Under the pieces are notes generated by a model. That model searched no databases and was not told the DNA's origin. It was given only the letters and a program-made list of their open reading frames with translations. DNA of 64,000 nt, taken from an uncultured Verrucomicrobiae bacterium (lineage in GTDB: Bacteria > Verrucomicrobiota > Verrucomicrobiia > Chthoniobacterales > JAFAMB01). Position numbers and translations under genes: made by a program. Shown piece after piece: positions 44,808-54,553 of this stretch (position 1 is the stretch's first letter; the number at the start of each line of letters is the position of its first letter). The stretch covers positions 32,490 to 96,489 of the forward strand of contig CAWAIK010000002.1 of assembly GCA_963782115.1 (NCBI GenBank), written 5' to 3'.

Positions 44808-44986
44808 ATTTTGCTTGTGGCACTGAGTTTCCGGGAGGCCAGTGTCAACATTGATCTCAGTTTTTTGCCTACACACACTGCCGACCCCGGTTGATAGAGA
44901 TGTTGTGGCTTCTCTCCGCCGTTTCCTACTAAGCAAAAACTACCACTATCGACAAAATGATTCCTTTTGTCGAAAGAGATACCCGC

Positions 44987-45516
44987 TTACACACCTGCCA
45001 ACCGATCAATGATCGCCCATCCGCTTTTGAATGCGTCGCACGCCTTGTCGAAATCGCCGGCGGCGCCCGCTTCGAAAAACCATCCGTACACGCTGCCCTC
45101 ATCCGTGGACAACGTGTCGGCGACATTCGTGCCTTCCGGTTCCGGCTCTCGCCCCGGCGATCTTCTTCGCAAATTCCTCTACCGTCGCTACCGGCGACGG
45201 GATCATCTTCACGCCGCCCGATTGCGTATCGATGCCGAGTTCCCCGAACTTGCCGCGCGCCGCGTAAAATCGCTGTGCAGCACCTTGTTGCGAAGCTGCC
45301 GACAGAGGCGCAGCATATCTTTTTCGGCGACTGACAACGCATCGCCGAAATGTATCGCCAGCTCGTCTTCGATATTTCCAAGGTTCTGTTGATGCGCGTA
45401 CTTCCGCAGCGTCGGCACCTTGCCGGCCAGCAAACGCAGTTTCAATTCAAGCCGCCTTCGCCAGTGACCGCTTTGAACGAGTCCAAACAAAACGCCAGTA
45501 TCGGTGATTTGGGCAT
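44987..45516 (-). CDS. hypothetical protein with HEPN-like RxxxxH motif (indel-split)
   Basis: Joined frames LELKLRLL...CRQLRNKVLHSDF...GWFFEAG...AIIDRLAGV*. Confidence 0.5.
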
Positions 45517-46086
45517 CCGACCTTCTCGCAGGATAGTCCATCTGTCTCGGCCCACACGCTGCAAAGGAACAGCCTCGGCTGGATCGTTGGATCGCTCACC
45601 GCACGCTCAGCACCTGAATCGCCTGAAATCAGCCGCCAAAGTCACGGCGATATAATCTAATTTACCAACGTAATTCATCAGGCGAATACCCCCAATCCTT
45701 CTCAGGGACTGGAAGTTCTTTTCTTCCAACAGATGGCGTCAGCCAAGCTGGGTGCTCACAGGGAACGAATAAGATCTCTGGTGAACTCGATGTCTTTCCA
45801 GGTCAATCCGCAGCGGCGCTGTGCGTTTCAGGAGCAAGTTGATGGTGAATCGGTGCAGCGGTTTGCGCTGTTCACTGACAAGCGGGCGGTCAAAGATGAT
45901 CCAGACCTGGAGGACGCTTACACCTTGTTAGTGTGCGAGGTGCTGCCTCTCTCTCCAGGACCTGGAGGCATAATACGCGGAACGCGAATTGGTTATATGA
46001 ATAGCGACTTTACCGAACTGCGCCGTGAACCTCAAACGCCAGTTTCTTGCACAAGCCAGAGAACGTAGGCATTTGTGAAAGTTTCG

Positions 46087-46434
46087 CTAACGGAACGTCT
46101 TTCCGTCGTGGCCCCAGAGTTTTGCGTCCACGTCAACCATCACCAGAAAGATGCGATCCCTGGCTATACCGCAGAACTCCGCTATCAAGTCGGTCAATTC
46201 CGTGCAGAGTGAGCCGCGCTTCGCATCGGGCAAACCAATGCTTCTCAGCTCCAGGAAGGCTGCCGGTTCCTCGCTGCCTGCGAATGCCAGGCGCTGGCCC
46301 CGCGCGATGCCCACCATCACGTAATTCTCCGGCTTGCTGAGCTGGGATGCGACGACCCGGGACGCAGCCGCCAGAAGCTCTGAGTGCCTGACGTCCGCCA
46401 CGCGTGCGTTTGTCAATATTGAAAGGTAAGGCAT
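46087..46434 (-). CDS. MIF / phenylpyruvate tautomerase family protein
   Basis: M-P start (catalytic Pro1), KPENYVMV, FAGSEEPAAFLELRSIG, WGHDGKTF. Confidence 0.9.
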   Translation of the reverse strand: MPYLSILTNARVADVRHSELLAAASRVVASQLSKPENYVMVGIARGQRLAFAGSEEPAAFLELRSIGLPDAKRGSLCTELTDLIAEFCGIARDRIFLVMVDVDAKLWGHDGKTFR

Positions 46435-46779
46435 GAGAGCAATTGAAACCAGATAACCCCCAGGCATCAAGCCGCAATCCCGTGTACGACAGAATATTTC
46501 TGCACGATCTTCCGTCGCGAAAGTAGATGCCCGCAAAGCGAGACTGATCAGCCGCTCGCGGCTCCGTTCTGGCCAGGTCATACCGCGATTTTTAGTCGGA
46601 TCCCCAGGCTGTTAAACCATCGTGCGGCGGGAATCCCGCCACGGATGCACTCAATGAATGGGCGCCCGCCATTTCGCCATGATTGCGGACTTCTCTTCTG
46701 GCTTTACCCATAACATCAGCCAACGGGTTCTAATCTAAAATAGCAACGACCCGGAGAATCCGGTTGCCACTCCCCCACC

Positions 46780-48570
46780 CTCCTATGGTGTGTGTCAAGC
46801 TACCGAAAACCGTGTTAGTTCTTTTTTATCTTTTTAGAGCAACGAAGTTGCCACTTTTCCGGGGATTGATCACTTTGAATCGCGTCTCCTCTTGGCGCTC
46901 GTTTGTCCGGTTTGCGTTGGACAAGGCAGCCTCCTATCGGCGCATGTCGAGTTCTGACAGCGCAAGATGCTTGATACGCATCGGTCCAAGAGGAACGAGC
47001 ACGCCCAATCTTCCGCGACGGGCTAATCACCCCAAGAGTGGGCACGGGCGTGCGCCGCTCCAAAGTCGAAGGGGAGTTCTTAAATCTTTTTGTTACTGTT
47101 TGGCTCGCGTCCTCCTGCAAAGTTTGGCCAAGCCCAAAGCGGCTGGCCGTTGAACTGTTCCCCCCAAACCGGGGTTTGGGGCAGAGCCCCAATTTCATCG
47201 GCGCTGTGCGCCGCACTTTTAAACTCCTTAGGCGCCGACCATCACCAAGTTGAGTTCTTGGGCAGTGACCCGTCCAGTTTGGAGTCGCCACAGATCGACG
47301 ATCAGCTGCCGACCGATGGCCACAACGGCTTTTTTCTTCAGGGCCGGATTAGTGCCTTGCAAGACCTTCTGCCACTTTTGGACCGGCTTATACTGAGGCT
47401 GAAACAAGATCATCCGCCAGACCATCTCGACAATGATCCGCCGAATGGCCGGCACTCCCACTTTGGTAATGGAGCCACGCCGTTCTTTGTCTCCGGTACT
47501 CCATTCGCTAGGGACCATCCCGGCCAAGCAAGCGATCTTGCGGCGGTTGGTATAAAGCGACCAATCCAGCACCTCGCTTTGGAGTTGCATCTGACTGAGG
47601 GCCCCAACCCCTTTAGGCCGCGGGCCGCTGCAGGTCCGAGCCAGAGCAACTTTAGCCTGACAAATTTTCTCATCGAGCATCTTGAGCACATCGACCCAGA
47701 TCTTGAGCCTCTCCAGCAGCCATTGCGGCACTAGGGAGCTCAATTGGGCCCAAGCCTTCGGTCGCCACCAATTGCTCCAACTCCCAAAGCCCTGGCTCAA
47801 TAGCAAGGCGTTGCCCTTCGCTCCCAGCCGCTTGCGTTCTTCGACCATTTGATCGTGTTCACGGCTGGCCAAACGCAGTTGTTCCTGGGCCTCGGTCGGC
47901 ACACGGGCTAATTGTAACGCTCCTTGATCCCCATTGAGGTAATTGAACAGCTTACTGGTTAAGTTCCGGGCATCGATTTTGTTGTTCTTACGTCGCTTCT
48001 TTTTCTGCTCACTGCTGTCAGGCGCACAGACGTAGCAAAGCGCCCCACGCGCTGTTAGCTTTCGATACAGCGTGTAACCTAACGGCCCAGCTTCGTAAAC
48101 CACCACCACTTGCTCGGCTCGTTCACATTGCTTCTCGACGTGGAGCAACAACGCCTCCTCGCTCCGAAAGTTCTCCACTACTCCGATGACGCCGTTATCA
48201 ACCTTGCGAGCCGCTTGATAGCCTCTCAGGTGTACATCAGTTCCGATGAGGATTCGCTTTGCTTTCGCCGACTTTTCGTTCTTTAGTGCTATGGCGCTGG
48301 CGGCGGGTGCCGCCTTTATGGCGTTCATTTTCATCTGTCAGGTTGCTGCCTATCCGGCAGCCTGACAAGACCATGGCATCTTCCCTTCCCCACCCTCGGA
48401 GCGATCCTCTCGAAACCGAACTTCGTTGTAAACAGGCGCCCAATTTCCCCGCTTGTACGCCATGCCTTCAACGAAACCGTTGCACCGGGTCTGCGGGTCA
48501 GGCGTCGTGTCGCCCTCCTTCAGTTTTGGCATACGAACCAAGAGGCGGAAGGCGTTCTACCGGATAGCGA
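46780..48570 (-). mobile_element. IS110-family element with long non-coding ends (boundaries approximate)
   Basis: Recombinase ORF plus ~235-bp 5' and ~445-bp 3' non-coding ends; 3' end TTGACA...CCATAG, 5' end CTATCC. Confidence 0.75.
47228..48334 (-). CDS. IS110 DEDD recombinase/transposase
   Basis: GTDVH, YEAG, KNNKIDA, GMVPSEWSTG, GSITKVG, AVVAIGRQL. Confidence 0.9.
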   Translation of the reverse strand: MKMNAIKAAPAASAIALKNEKSAKAKRILIGTDVHLRGYQAARKVDNGVIGVVENFRSEEALLLHVEKQCERAEQVVVVYEAGPLGYTLYRKLTARGALCYVCAPDSSEQKKKRRKNNKIDARNLTSKLFNYLNGDQGALQLARVPTEAQEQLRLASREHDQMVEERKRLGAKGNALLLSQGFGSWSNWWRPKAWAQLSSLVPQWLLERLKIWVDVLKMLDEKICQAKVALARTCSGPRPKGVGALSQMQLQSEVLDWSLYTNRRKIACLAGMVPSEWSTGDKERRGSITKVGVPAIRRIIVEMVWRMILFQPQYKPVQKWQKVLQGTNPALKKKAVVAIGRQLIVDLWRLQTGRVTAQELNLVMVGA

Positions 48571-49317
48571 AGCTGCGACGTTCTACGGCGAGTTGAATGC
48601 GGATCTTGCAGTAGCCAACCTCGTGATTCAACCGGAGACGGCAGATAAGCAGAGGAGAGTTCCTTCATTCCGTTGTTCCGCCATAATGTGGTTGATTATC
48701 AACCTGTAAATGGTTGATTATTTCATAATGATTCGGCGCCACATCACTGACCATTTACTCCAAGCGTTGGCGGATACACCCGTTGCCTTGGTCAACGGTG
48801 CTCGACAAACCGGCAAAAGCACTTTAGTGCAATCGGCGGAATTGATTGAACAGGGCCGCCATTATTTGACGTTCGACGACCCCGGCGTCTTGGGAGCTGC
48901 TAAGCTCGATCCCAACGGCTTTATCGCTGGCTTAACCACCCCGGTCACCCTTGAGGAAGTGCAGCATCTTCCCGAGCTATTTCCGGCAATCAAAGTTGCC
49001 GTTGACCGAAGACGGGAAGCGGGTCGCTTTCTGCTCACGGGTTCGGCAGACGTTATGCTGTTGCCTAAGCTATCCGAGTCCCTGGCCGGCCGTATTGAAG
49101 TTCTGACTTCGCCTTGTTGGAAATGACCTTCCTCGTGCAACTATTGCGGCCTTGGTCGGGCAACCTTGGTCAGCGTATCATTCGGACGCCGAAGGCGTCT
49201 GCAGTTTGGACATTTCGAGACGGCTAAGCCGGGTGAGATCTTAGATTTTTCGCCAGGCAAAAGTTTTTTATTTTTTTGCTGGCCTCGAAATTTCGTTCGG
49301 TGTAGTGACGTCCGGAA

Positions 49318-50208
49318 ATGGAGTCATTATATGTTCAGAGCCGTACTTTAGAAGCAAATGATCTGGAATGGATCCGCCAACTCATTGACGCTCATCCTGG
49401 CTGGAACCGGACCAAGCTCTCTGTGCACATTGCACAACGGTGGCAGTGGCGAAATCACGTAGGACAGCTCAAGGATATGGCCTGCCGCTCGATGCTCCTG
49501 AAACTGGAGCAAAAAGGCCTGATCTGCTTGCCGGCCCGTCAGAAGTCCGCCAATAACGGCTGCCCTTTTCGCCCAGTGGCTCCCATCGCCCAGCCGCTGG
49601 TTGAGCCGATCCAAAGCCAGCTCAGGATGTTGGAACCGCTCAGCATCCTACCGACGCAGAGCCCCGAAGAGTTAGCTCTCTTTGACTGGCTTTTGTGGCG
49701 TTATCATTATCTGCCTTACAGCGGAGCATCTGGTGAGAACATTAAATATTTGGCTTTTGATTGTCACGCTCGTCCCTTGGCTTGCCTGCTTTATGGGGCC
49801 GCGGCGTGGAAGCTGGCAGTTCGTGACCAGCTCATCGGCTGGAGTAGAGCACAGCGCGAAGCCAACCTGTGCTACCTAGCAAACAACCAGCGTTTTTTGA
49901 TCCTACCTTGGGTGCGAGTCAAAAATCTGGCTTCTTATTTGTTAAGCGCTTCGCTGTCGATGCTCTCCGCAAATTGGCAGCTCAAGTACGGTCATCCAAT
50001 TTACTTGGCCGAGACCTTTGTTGAGTGCGAGCGCTTCCGGGGGACCTGCTATCGAGCGGCCAACTGGAGCTGGCTGGGCCAAACTCAGGGCCGTGGTCGT
50101 AACGATCGCTCCCGACTTTCCCGTGTGCCGATAAAAGACATTTATGTGCGGGCGCTCTGCAAGGACTTTCGGCAGCGTCTAACCCAGAGCGGCCAACGAT
50201 GCTCTTAG
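49318..50208 (+). CDS. DUF4338 (Druantia DruA-like) protein
   Basis: YHYL, AAWKLAVRDQLIGW, NNQRFLILPWV, ETFVE...GTCYRAANW..LGQTQGRG. Confidence 0.85.
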   Translation: MESLYVQSRTLEANDLEWIRQLIDAHPGWNRTKLSVHIAQRWQWRNHVGQLKDMACRSMLLKLEQKGLICLPARQKSANNGCPFRPVAPIAQPLVEPIQSQLRMLEPLSILPTQSPEELALFDWLLWRYHYLPYSGASGENIKYLAFDCHARPLACLLYGAAAWKLAVRDQLIGWSRAQREANLCYLANNQRFLILPWVRVKNLASYLLSASLSMLSANWQLKYGHPIYLAETFVECERFRGTCYRAANWSWLGQTQGRGRNDRSRLSRVPIKDIYVRALCKDFRQRLTQSGQRCS

Positions 50209-51572
50209 AGAACTTCTTGCTCCATTTACTTGAAGGCTGGGCGCCCGCCTTCCGCCAAAAACGTACCTGTGAGCGGGCCATCGCACTAGCCCTCGGCTTG
50301 CTCTGCGGCTTAGGACGTCGCACTGTCACGCGGGCCATCGGTTTTAACAATCGCCAACATCTGGACTGGAGCGCTGATTACAAGCTCTTCAACCGCAGTC
50401 GATGGGAGCCAGACGCTCTTTTTGACCCTGTCATGCAGACCGCCGTCGGCAAATACTGCTCAGAACAGATTGTGGTCGCCTTCGACGACACCGGGCTCAA
50501 GCGCTCAGGCAAAAAAATTAAGAGCGCCCGCTGGCTGCGTGATCCGCTCAGTCCACCTTTTCACACCAACCTGATCTGGGGCCAGCGCTTCCTCCAGGCC
50601 TCGCTGCTAACACCTCTCTACGACTTTGATGCAGAAAGTTCACCACGCGGCCTGCCCATCCGTTTTCAGGAAGTCACTCCCGTGCGCAAGCCGGGCAAAA
50701 AAGCCACCACCGAAGACAAGGCCGCTTACCGTGAGGCAAAAAAGACCCATAACCTCTCCAGGGCCTTTGTCGACATGGTAGGCGAGCTACGTCAAGACTT
50801 GGACTCCCATGGTTTTGCAGACAAGGAGCTCATGGCCGTGGGCGACGGCTCCTTCTGCAATAAAACTACCTTCCGCCAACCTTTGGATCGCACTACCCTC
50901 ATTACGCGAGCTCGCAAAGACCTGCGGCTCTGTTTTCCCCATCAGGGACAGGGTCGTCGCTATTATGGAACAGAGCTCTTCAGTCCCGAATCGGTCTATA
51001 AAGATTCCACTATCCCGTGGAAAGAGACCAAAATCTTTCACGGCGGCAAATACCGCAGGATCCGCTACAAGGAAGTAAGACAACTGCTCTGGCAACGCGG
51101 AGGCGGTCGACGGCTTTTGCGCCTCTTTGTCGTGGCGCCCATCCCGTATCGCAAGACTAAAGCAGGCAATGTCAATTACCGCGAAGTAGCCTACCTGTTG
51201 TGCGACGATAACAAGTTAAGGGCCAAAAAACTTTTGCAAGCCTACTTCGATCGTTGGCAAATTGAAATCAACCATCGCGACGAAAAGAGCATCCTTGGAG
51301 TGGGTCAGGCACAGGTCTGGGCGGATTTAAGCGTGCCGCGTGTTCCGGCTTTGATGGTCGCGACCTACAGCTTAATGCTCCTGAGCGTCCTGGAAACCTA
51401 CGGACCAAAGCGCACCAATGACTATGAACTGCTCCCAAAGTGGCGCAACGCCGCCCGGCGCCCTTCCTGCCTGGACGCGGTGACACTTCTGCGCAAACAG
51501 ATTGAGGCCCGGCGCAGCACGCCAACAAATGTTGTTGGCTACCCCACCATGGTTCAAACCGCCGCGGCCTGA
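50199..51572 (+). CDS. DDE transposase (IS4/IS701-like)
   Basis: AFDDT, VGDGSF, YFDRWQIEINHRDEK (Y-2-R-3-E-6-K motif). Confidence 0.88.
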   Translation: MLLENFLLHLLEGWAPAFRQKRTCERAIALALGLLCGLGRRTVTRAIGFNNRQHLDWSADYKLFNRSRWEPDALFDPVMQTAVGKYCSEQIVVAFDDTGLKRSGKKIKSARWLRDPLSPPFHTNLIWGQRFLQASLLTPLYDFDAESSPRGLPIRFQEVTPVRKPGKKATTEDKAAYREAKKTHNLSRAFVDMVGELRQDLDSHGFADKELMAVGDGSFCNKTTFRQPLDRTTLITRARKDLRLCFPHQGQGRRYYGTELFSPESVYKDSTIPWKETKIFHGGKYRRIRYKEVRQLLWQRGGGRRLLRLFVVAPIPYRKTKAGNVNYREVAYLLCDDNKLRAKKLLQAYFDRWQIEINHRDEKSILGVGQAQVWADLSVPRVPALMVATYSLMLLSVLETYGPKRTNDYELLPKWRNAARRPSCLDAVTLLRKQIEARRSTPTNVVGYPTMVQTAAA

Positions 51573-52352
51573 ACGGCTATCTCAGCCGATCAGACGCTGT
51601 CAGGAGCCGTCAGGAGCCGTTGCAAATGTCCAAACTGCAGACGCCGAAGGCGTATTTGAATGATACCGGACTGCTTGCACATCTGTTGGGCCTGACTCTG
51701 GATCGGTTGGAGATGGACCCAGGGCTGGCTGGCGGCGTATTGGAGAATTTTGTGTTAATGGAACTCCGCAAGCAGTCAACGTGGAGCGAGACTCAGCCGC
51801 AATTCTTCTACTGGCGCACAGCTTCAGGACAGGAAGTGGACATAGTGCTAGAAGATAGTGCTGGGCGACTCGTGGGCTTGGAAGTGAAAGCCACCGCCAC
51901 CTTAGGCCGAGGCGATGTTCGCGGTTTGAAGGCCCTGGACGAAGCGGTAGGCAAGCGCCGGCTTCGCGGAGCCGTCCTCTACACCGGCACAGAGGTCATT
52001 CCGTTTGGAAGCAATCTGCACGGTCTTCCGTTGACTCTTCTGTGGACGGCACATACATAGAAGAGCGTTAGATCCGGTGGGGTCTGGAAACAACTAATAT
52101 TACTTCTGCCATCCCCGGCTATACCTAACGTCTCCAATTATAGGACATATGGCACATAAACACTGGGTTATGTTTTACACTCCCGAGCGGAAACGACATT
52201 ATTTTGTGTGATTTTTGACGATAGTTTGTACATGTCCGCCACATTAATGCGTCTTGTTAGAGAATGCGAGCGCTGCACCGTGTTCTAGAGGTATTCGATT
52301 AGCTATCAAATCCAGCTGTGGCTTCTGAGCCGATCTGCGGCGAAGTTGGTGC

Positions 52353-53195
52353 ATGGCTGACGATTCTGAGACGAGCATTAAGATTTACCTCCGAGAGATC
52401 ATGCAGACACCGCTGCTGACCGCGCAACAGGAGATCGAGCTTGCCGCCCGCATTAAGAAGGGCGACCAGAAAGCTCGGGCGTGGATGATCAAAGCCAACC
52501 TCCGGCTTGTCGTTAAGATCGCTTATGACTACTCGAATTTAGGGCTCCCGCTCCTCGATTTGATTTCTGAAGGAAACCTTGGTCTGATGAAGGCCGTCGA
52601 ACGCTTTGACCCGGCAAAGGGTGGCAAGTTGAGTACGTATGGTGCTTGGTGGATCAAGCAATCGATCAAACGGGCGCTGGCGAACCAGAGTAAGACGATC
52701 CGGCTTCCAGTACATCTGATCGACAAGATCTACAAACTGTACCGAGCCTCGCTGACAATGAGCGAGGAGTTAGGTCGTGAACCGACCGATGAAGAACTGT
52801 CCGAAGAGATCGGTATCTCGAGCGCGAAGCTTTCTCAGTTGAAGACGGTTTCGATTCGACCGGCGTCCCTTGATGCTCCGATCAGCGATGATGATTCAAC
52901 CGAATTTGGCGAGATCGTCGGTGATGAAGATGCGCCGACGCCGTTCGAGTTGTTCAGAGACAAGAGCATGCGCGACGAACTTAGCGAGCTTTTGGAGGCG
53001 TTGGACGACCGCGAGCGCAAGATTATCTTCAAGCGATTCGGGTTGGACGGCGGCAAACCGAAAACTCTCGAAGAAGTTGGAAAGAACTTCGGAGTGACCA
53101 GAGAGCGGATCCGGCAGTTGCAGAATATCGCCCTGGCGAAACTGCGTAGGGCGCTCGCCAAGAGGGAGAAGCCCATCGTGCAGCGCGACAACTGA
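52353..53195 (+). CDS. sigma-70 family factor, group 1/2-like, without region 1.1
   Basis: YLREI..PLL, ANLRLVVKIA, DLISEGNLGLMKAVERFD, STYGAWWIKQ, TLEEVG..GVTRERIRQ. Confidence 0.93.
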   Translation: MADDSETSIKIYLREIMQTPLLTAQQEIELAARIKKGDQKARAWMIKANLRLVVKIAYDYSNLGLPLLDLISEGNLGLMKAVERFDPAKGGKLSTYGAWWIKQSIKRALANQSKTIRLPVHLIDKIYKLYRASLTMSEELGREPTDEELSEEIGISSAKLSQLKTVSIRPASLDAPISDDDSTEFGEIVGDEDAPTPFELFRDKSMRDELSELLEALDDRERKIIFKRFGLDGGKPKTLEEVGKNFGVTRERIRQLQNIALAKLRRALAKREKPIVQRDN

Positions 53196-53440
53196 TCTGG
53201 CTAGCGCGCGTGTTGATTGAACGCCTCTGAGACGCCCTGGTGGCTGATTGTGCATCTTCTGCTCGCCTCAGCTCTGATGGTTTTTTTGGAATCCTCTGGC
53301 GGTTTGCCCTGAAGCGGTACTCCAGCGCAAGTTTCCTAGAAGGCACATATTTCCTATTGCACGGCTATCCAATTGCCAGTACATGTTCGCCCGCCGCGTT
53401 GGAAACGGTTAGCAGAATGTCAGACTTGTTTGTCGAGCGT

Positions 53441-54022
53441 ATGGCGAAGTCAAAAGCACAAGAGGAGGACGGATCATCGGAGAATGGGCAACTTGATACC
53501 GGCGAATTCGAGAAGCCGGAGATGCTCTCCTCGAGCGTAGAAGATGGCGATGAAAAGCTTCCTCCGTTTGTGGGCAAACAAAGGAGCAAGTTGCTTCAGC
53601 TTCGTGATAGTCTCCTCGATTTAATGACGGGGGTTTCGCGGGATACGCTCCGTTCGCGGGCAGAAGATAGCGAGGCGTCCGCGTTCGGAATGCATCAATC
53701 AGACGCCGGTAGCGACGCGTACGATCGCGATTTCGCACTAAGTCTGCTTTCGCAGGAGCAGGATGCTCTGTACGAAATCGAAGAGGCGCTCAAACGCGTC
53801 GATGCCGGAACCTACGGCATCTGCGAAATGTCGGGCAAACCAATTCCACACGCCCGGCTTGAGGCCATCCCATTTACAAGATTTACGGTCGAATGCCAGA
53901 CCCCAATTGAAAAACGAAAAAAGGCAATGCGTGTCCGGCAGCTTGTCAAGTCCCTTTTCGGTTTAACCGATGAGGAGGGTGGTGAAGGAGAAGAAGACAC
54001 GATCACCGATTCGAAAGATTAG
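53441..54022 (+). CDS. DksA/TraR-family protein with only two Cys in the zinc-finger region
   Basis: GMHQSDAGSD coiled-coil tip; GTYGICEMSGKPIPHARLEAIPFTRFTVEC. Confidence 0.85.
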   Translation: MAKSKAQEEDGSSENGQLDTGEFEKPEMLSSSVEDGDEKLPPFVGKQRSKLLQLRDSLLDLMTGVSRDTLRSRAEDSEASAFGMHQSDAGSDAYDRDFALSLLSQEQDALYEIEEALKRVDAGTYGICEMSGKPIPHARLEAIPFTRFTVECQTPIEKRKKAMRVRQLVKSLFGLTDEEGGEGEEDTITDSKD

Positions 54023-54553
54023 CTGTCATGCCAAGGGAAATCATTCAACGATTTTAGTAGGCGCTAACTGATACCCGCTGCGCCAGGAGGGCTAAAGATA
54101 GCTGGACTTTTAAAAACGAAGCGCGGTATTCTTTCGTGTTATACATCACGTTTACGCTTACTGTTATCATAACGCCACTCGGATATCCACAAGGAATCGC
54201 CGCACAGATCCCACTTGCTCGCGCCATCCGATCACGTGGGTGAAACTGAATAAATGCACCCGTGCGGGCGCCGTATTCTACTCTTTCTCTAGGTTTTCTC
54301 GCTTGCTCCGTCACTTTGATTTCGTAGCTTGGGGGCGCTATGGCTTCCTTCGAAACTAGAGTGACCGAAATCCGTGCGGACCCGCGAGGGGGATTCTCTG
54401 TGATGCTAAAACCGCATTTCTTAGAGCGTAATGTTGCTTATCAAAAAGTCTGGCTCGAACCACACTTTGAGAAGCACTGCGCCTCGATAGCGGAAGATAG
54501 CATTGAGTTCGTACTGAGAACGCCCCGCCTGTTCAGTTGGAAAATAAGCACGC

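Larger units (their letters stand above)
49199..51640 (+). mobile_element. two-ORF IS4-superfamily element (DUF4338 + DDE transposase)
   Basis: 17-bp perfect IR CTGCAGTTTGGACATTT; 13-bp direct repeat ACGCCGAAGGCGT at 49186-49198 and 51641-51653. Confidence 0.93.
48728..52060 (+). pseudogene. AAA_14 + DUF4143 ATPase, internally deleted and interrupted by an IS
   Basis: GARQTGKST, FLLTGS, ESLAGR; then FALLEMTFLV...RTPK, IS, AYLNDTGL...ENFV...EVD...EVKA. Confidence 0.88.

Noticed and set aside
45733..46068. 111-aa ORF (similarly 27585-27947, 54054-54314, 54340-54666)
   Set aside because: No recognisable motif or other support; left uncalled
49318..50208. Complete Druantia system
   Set aside because: No DruE helicase or other dru genes; the ORF lies within IS ends
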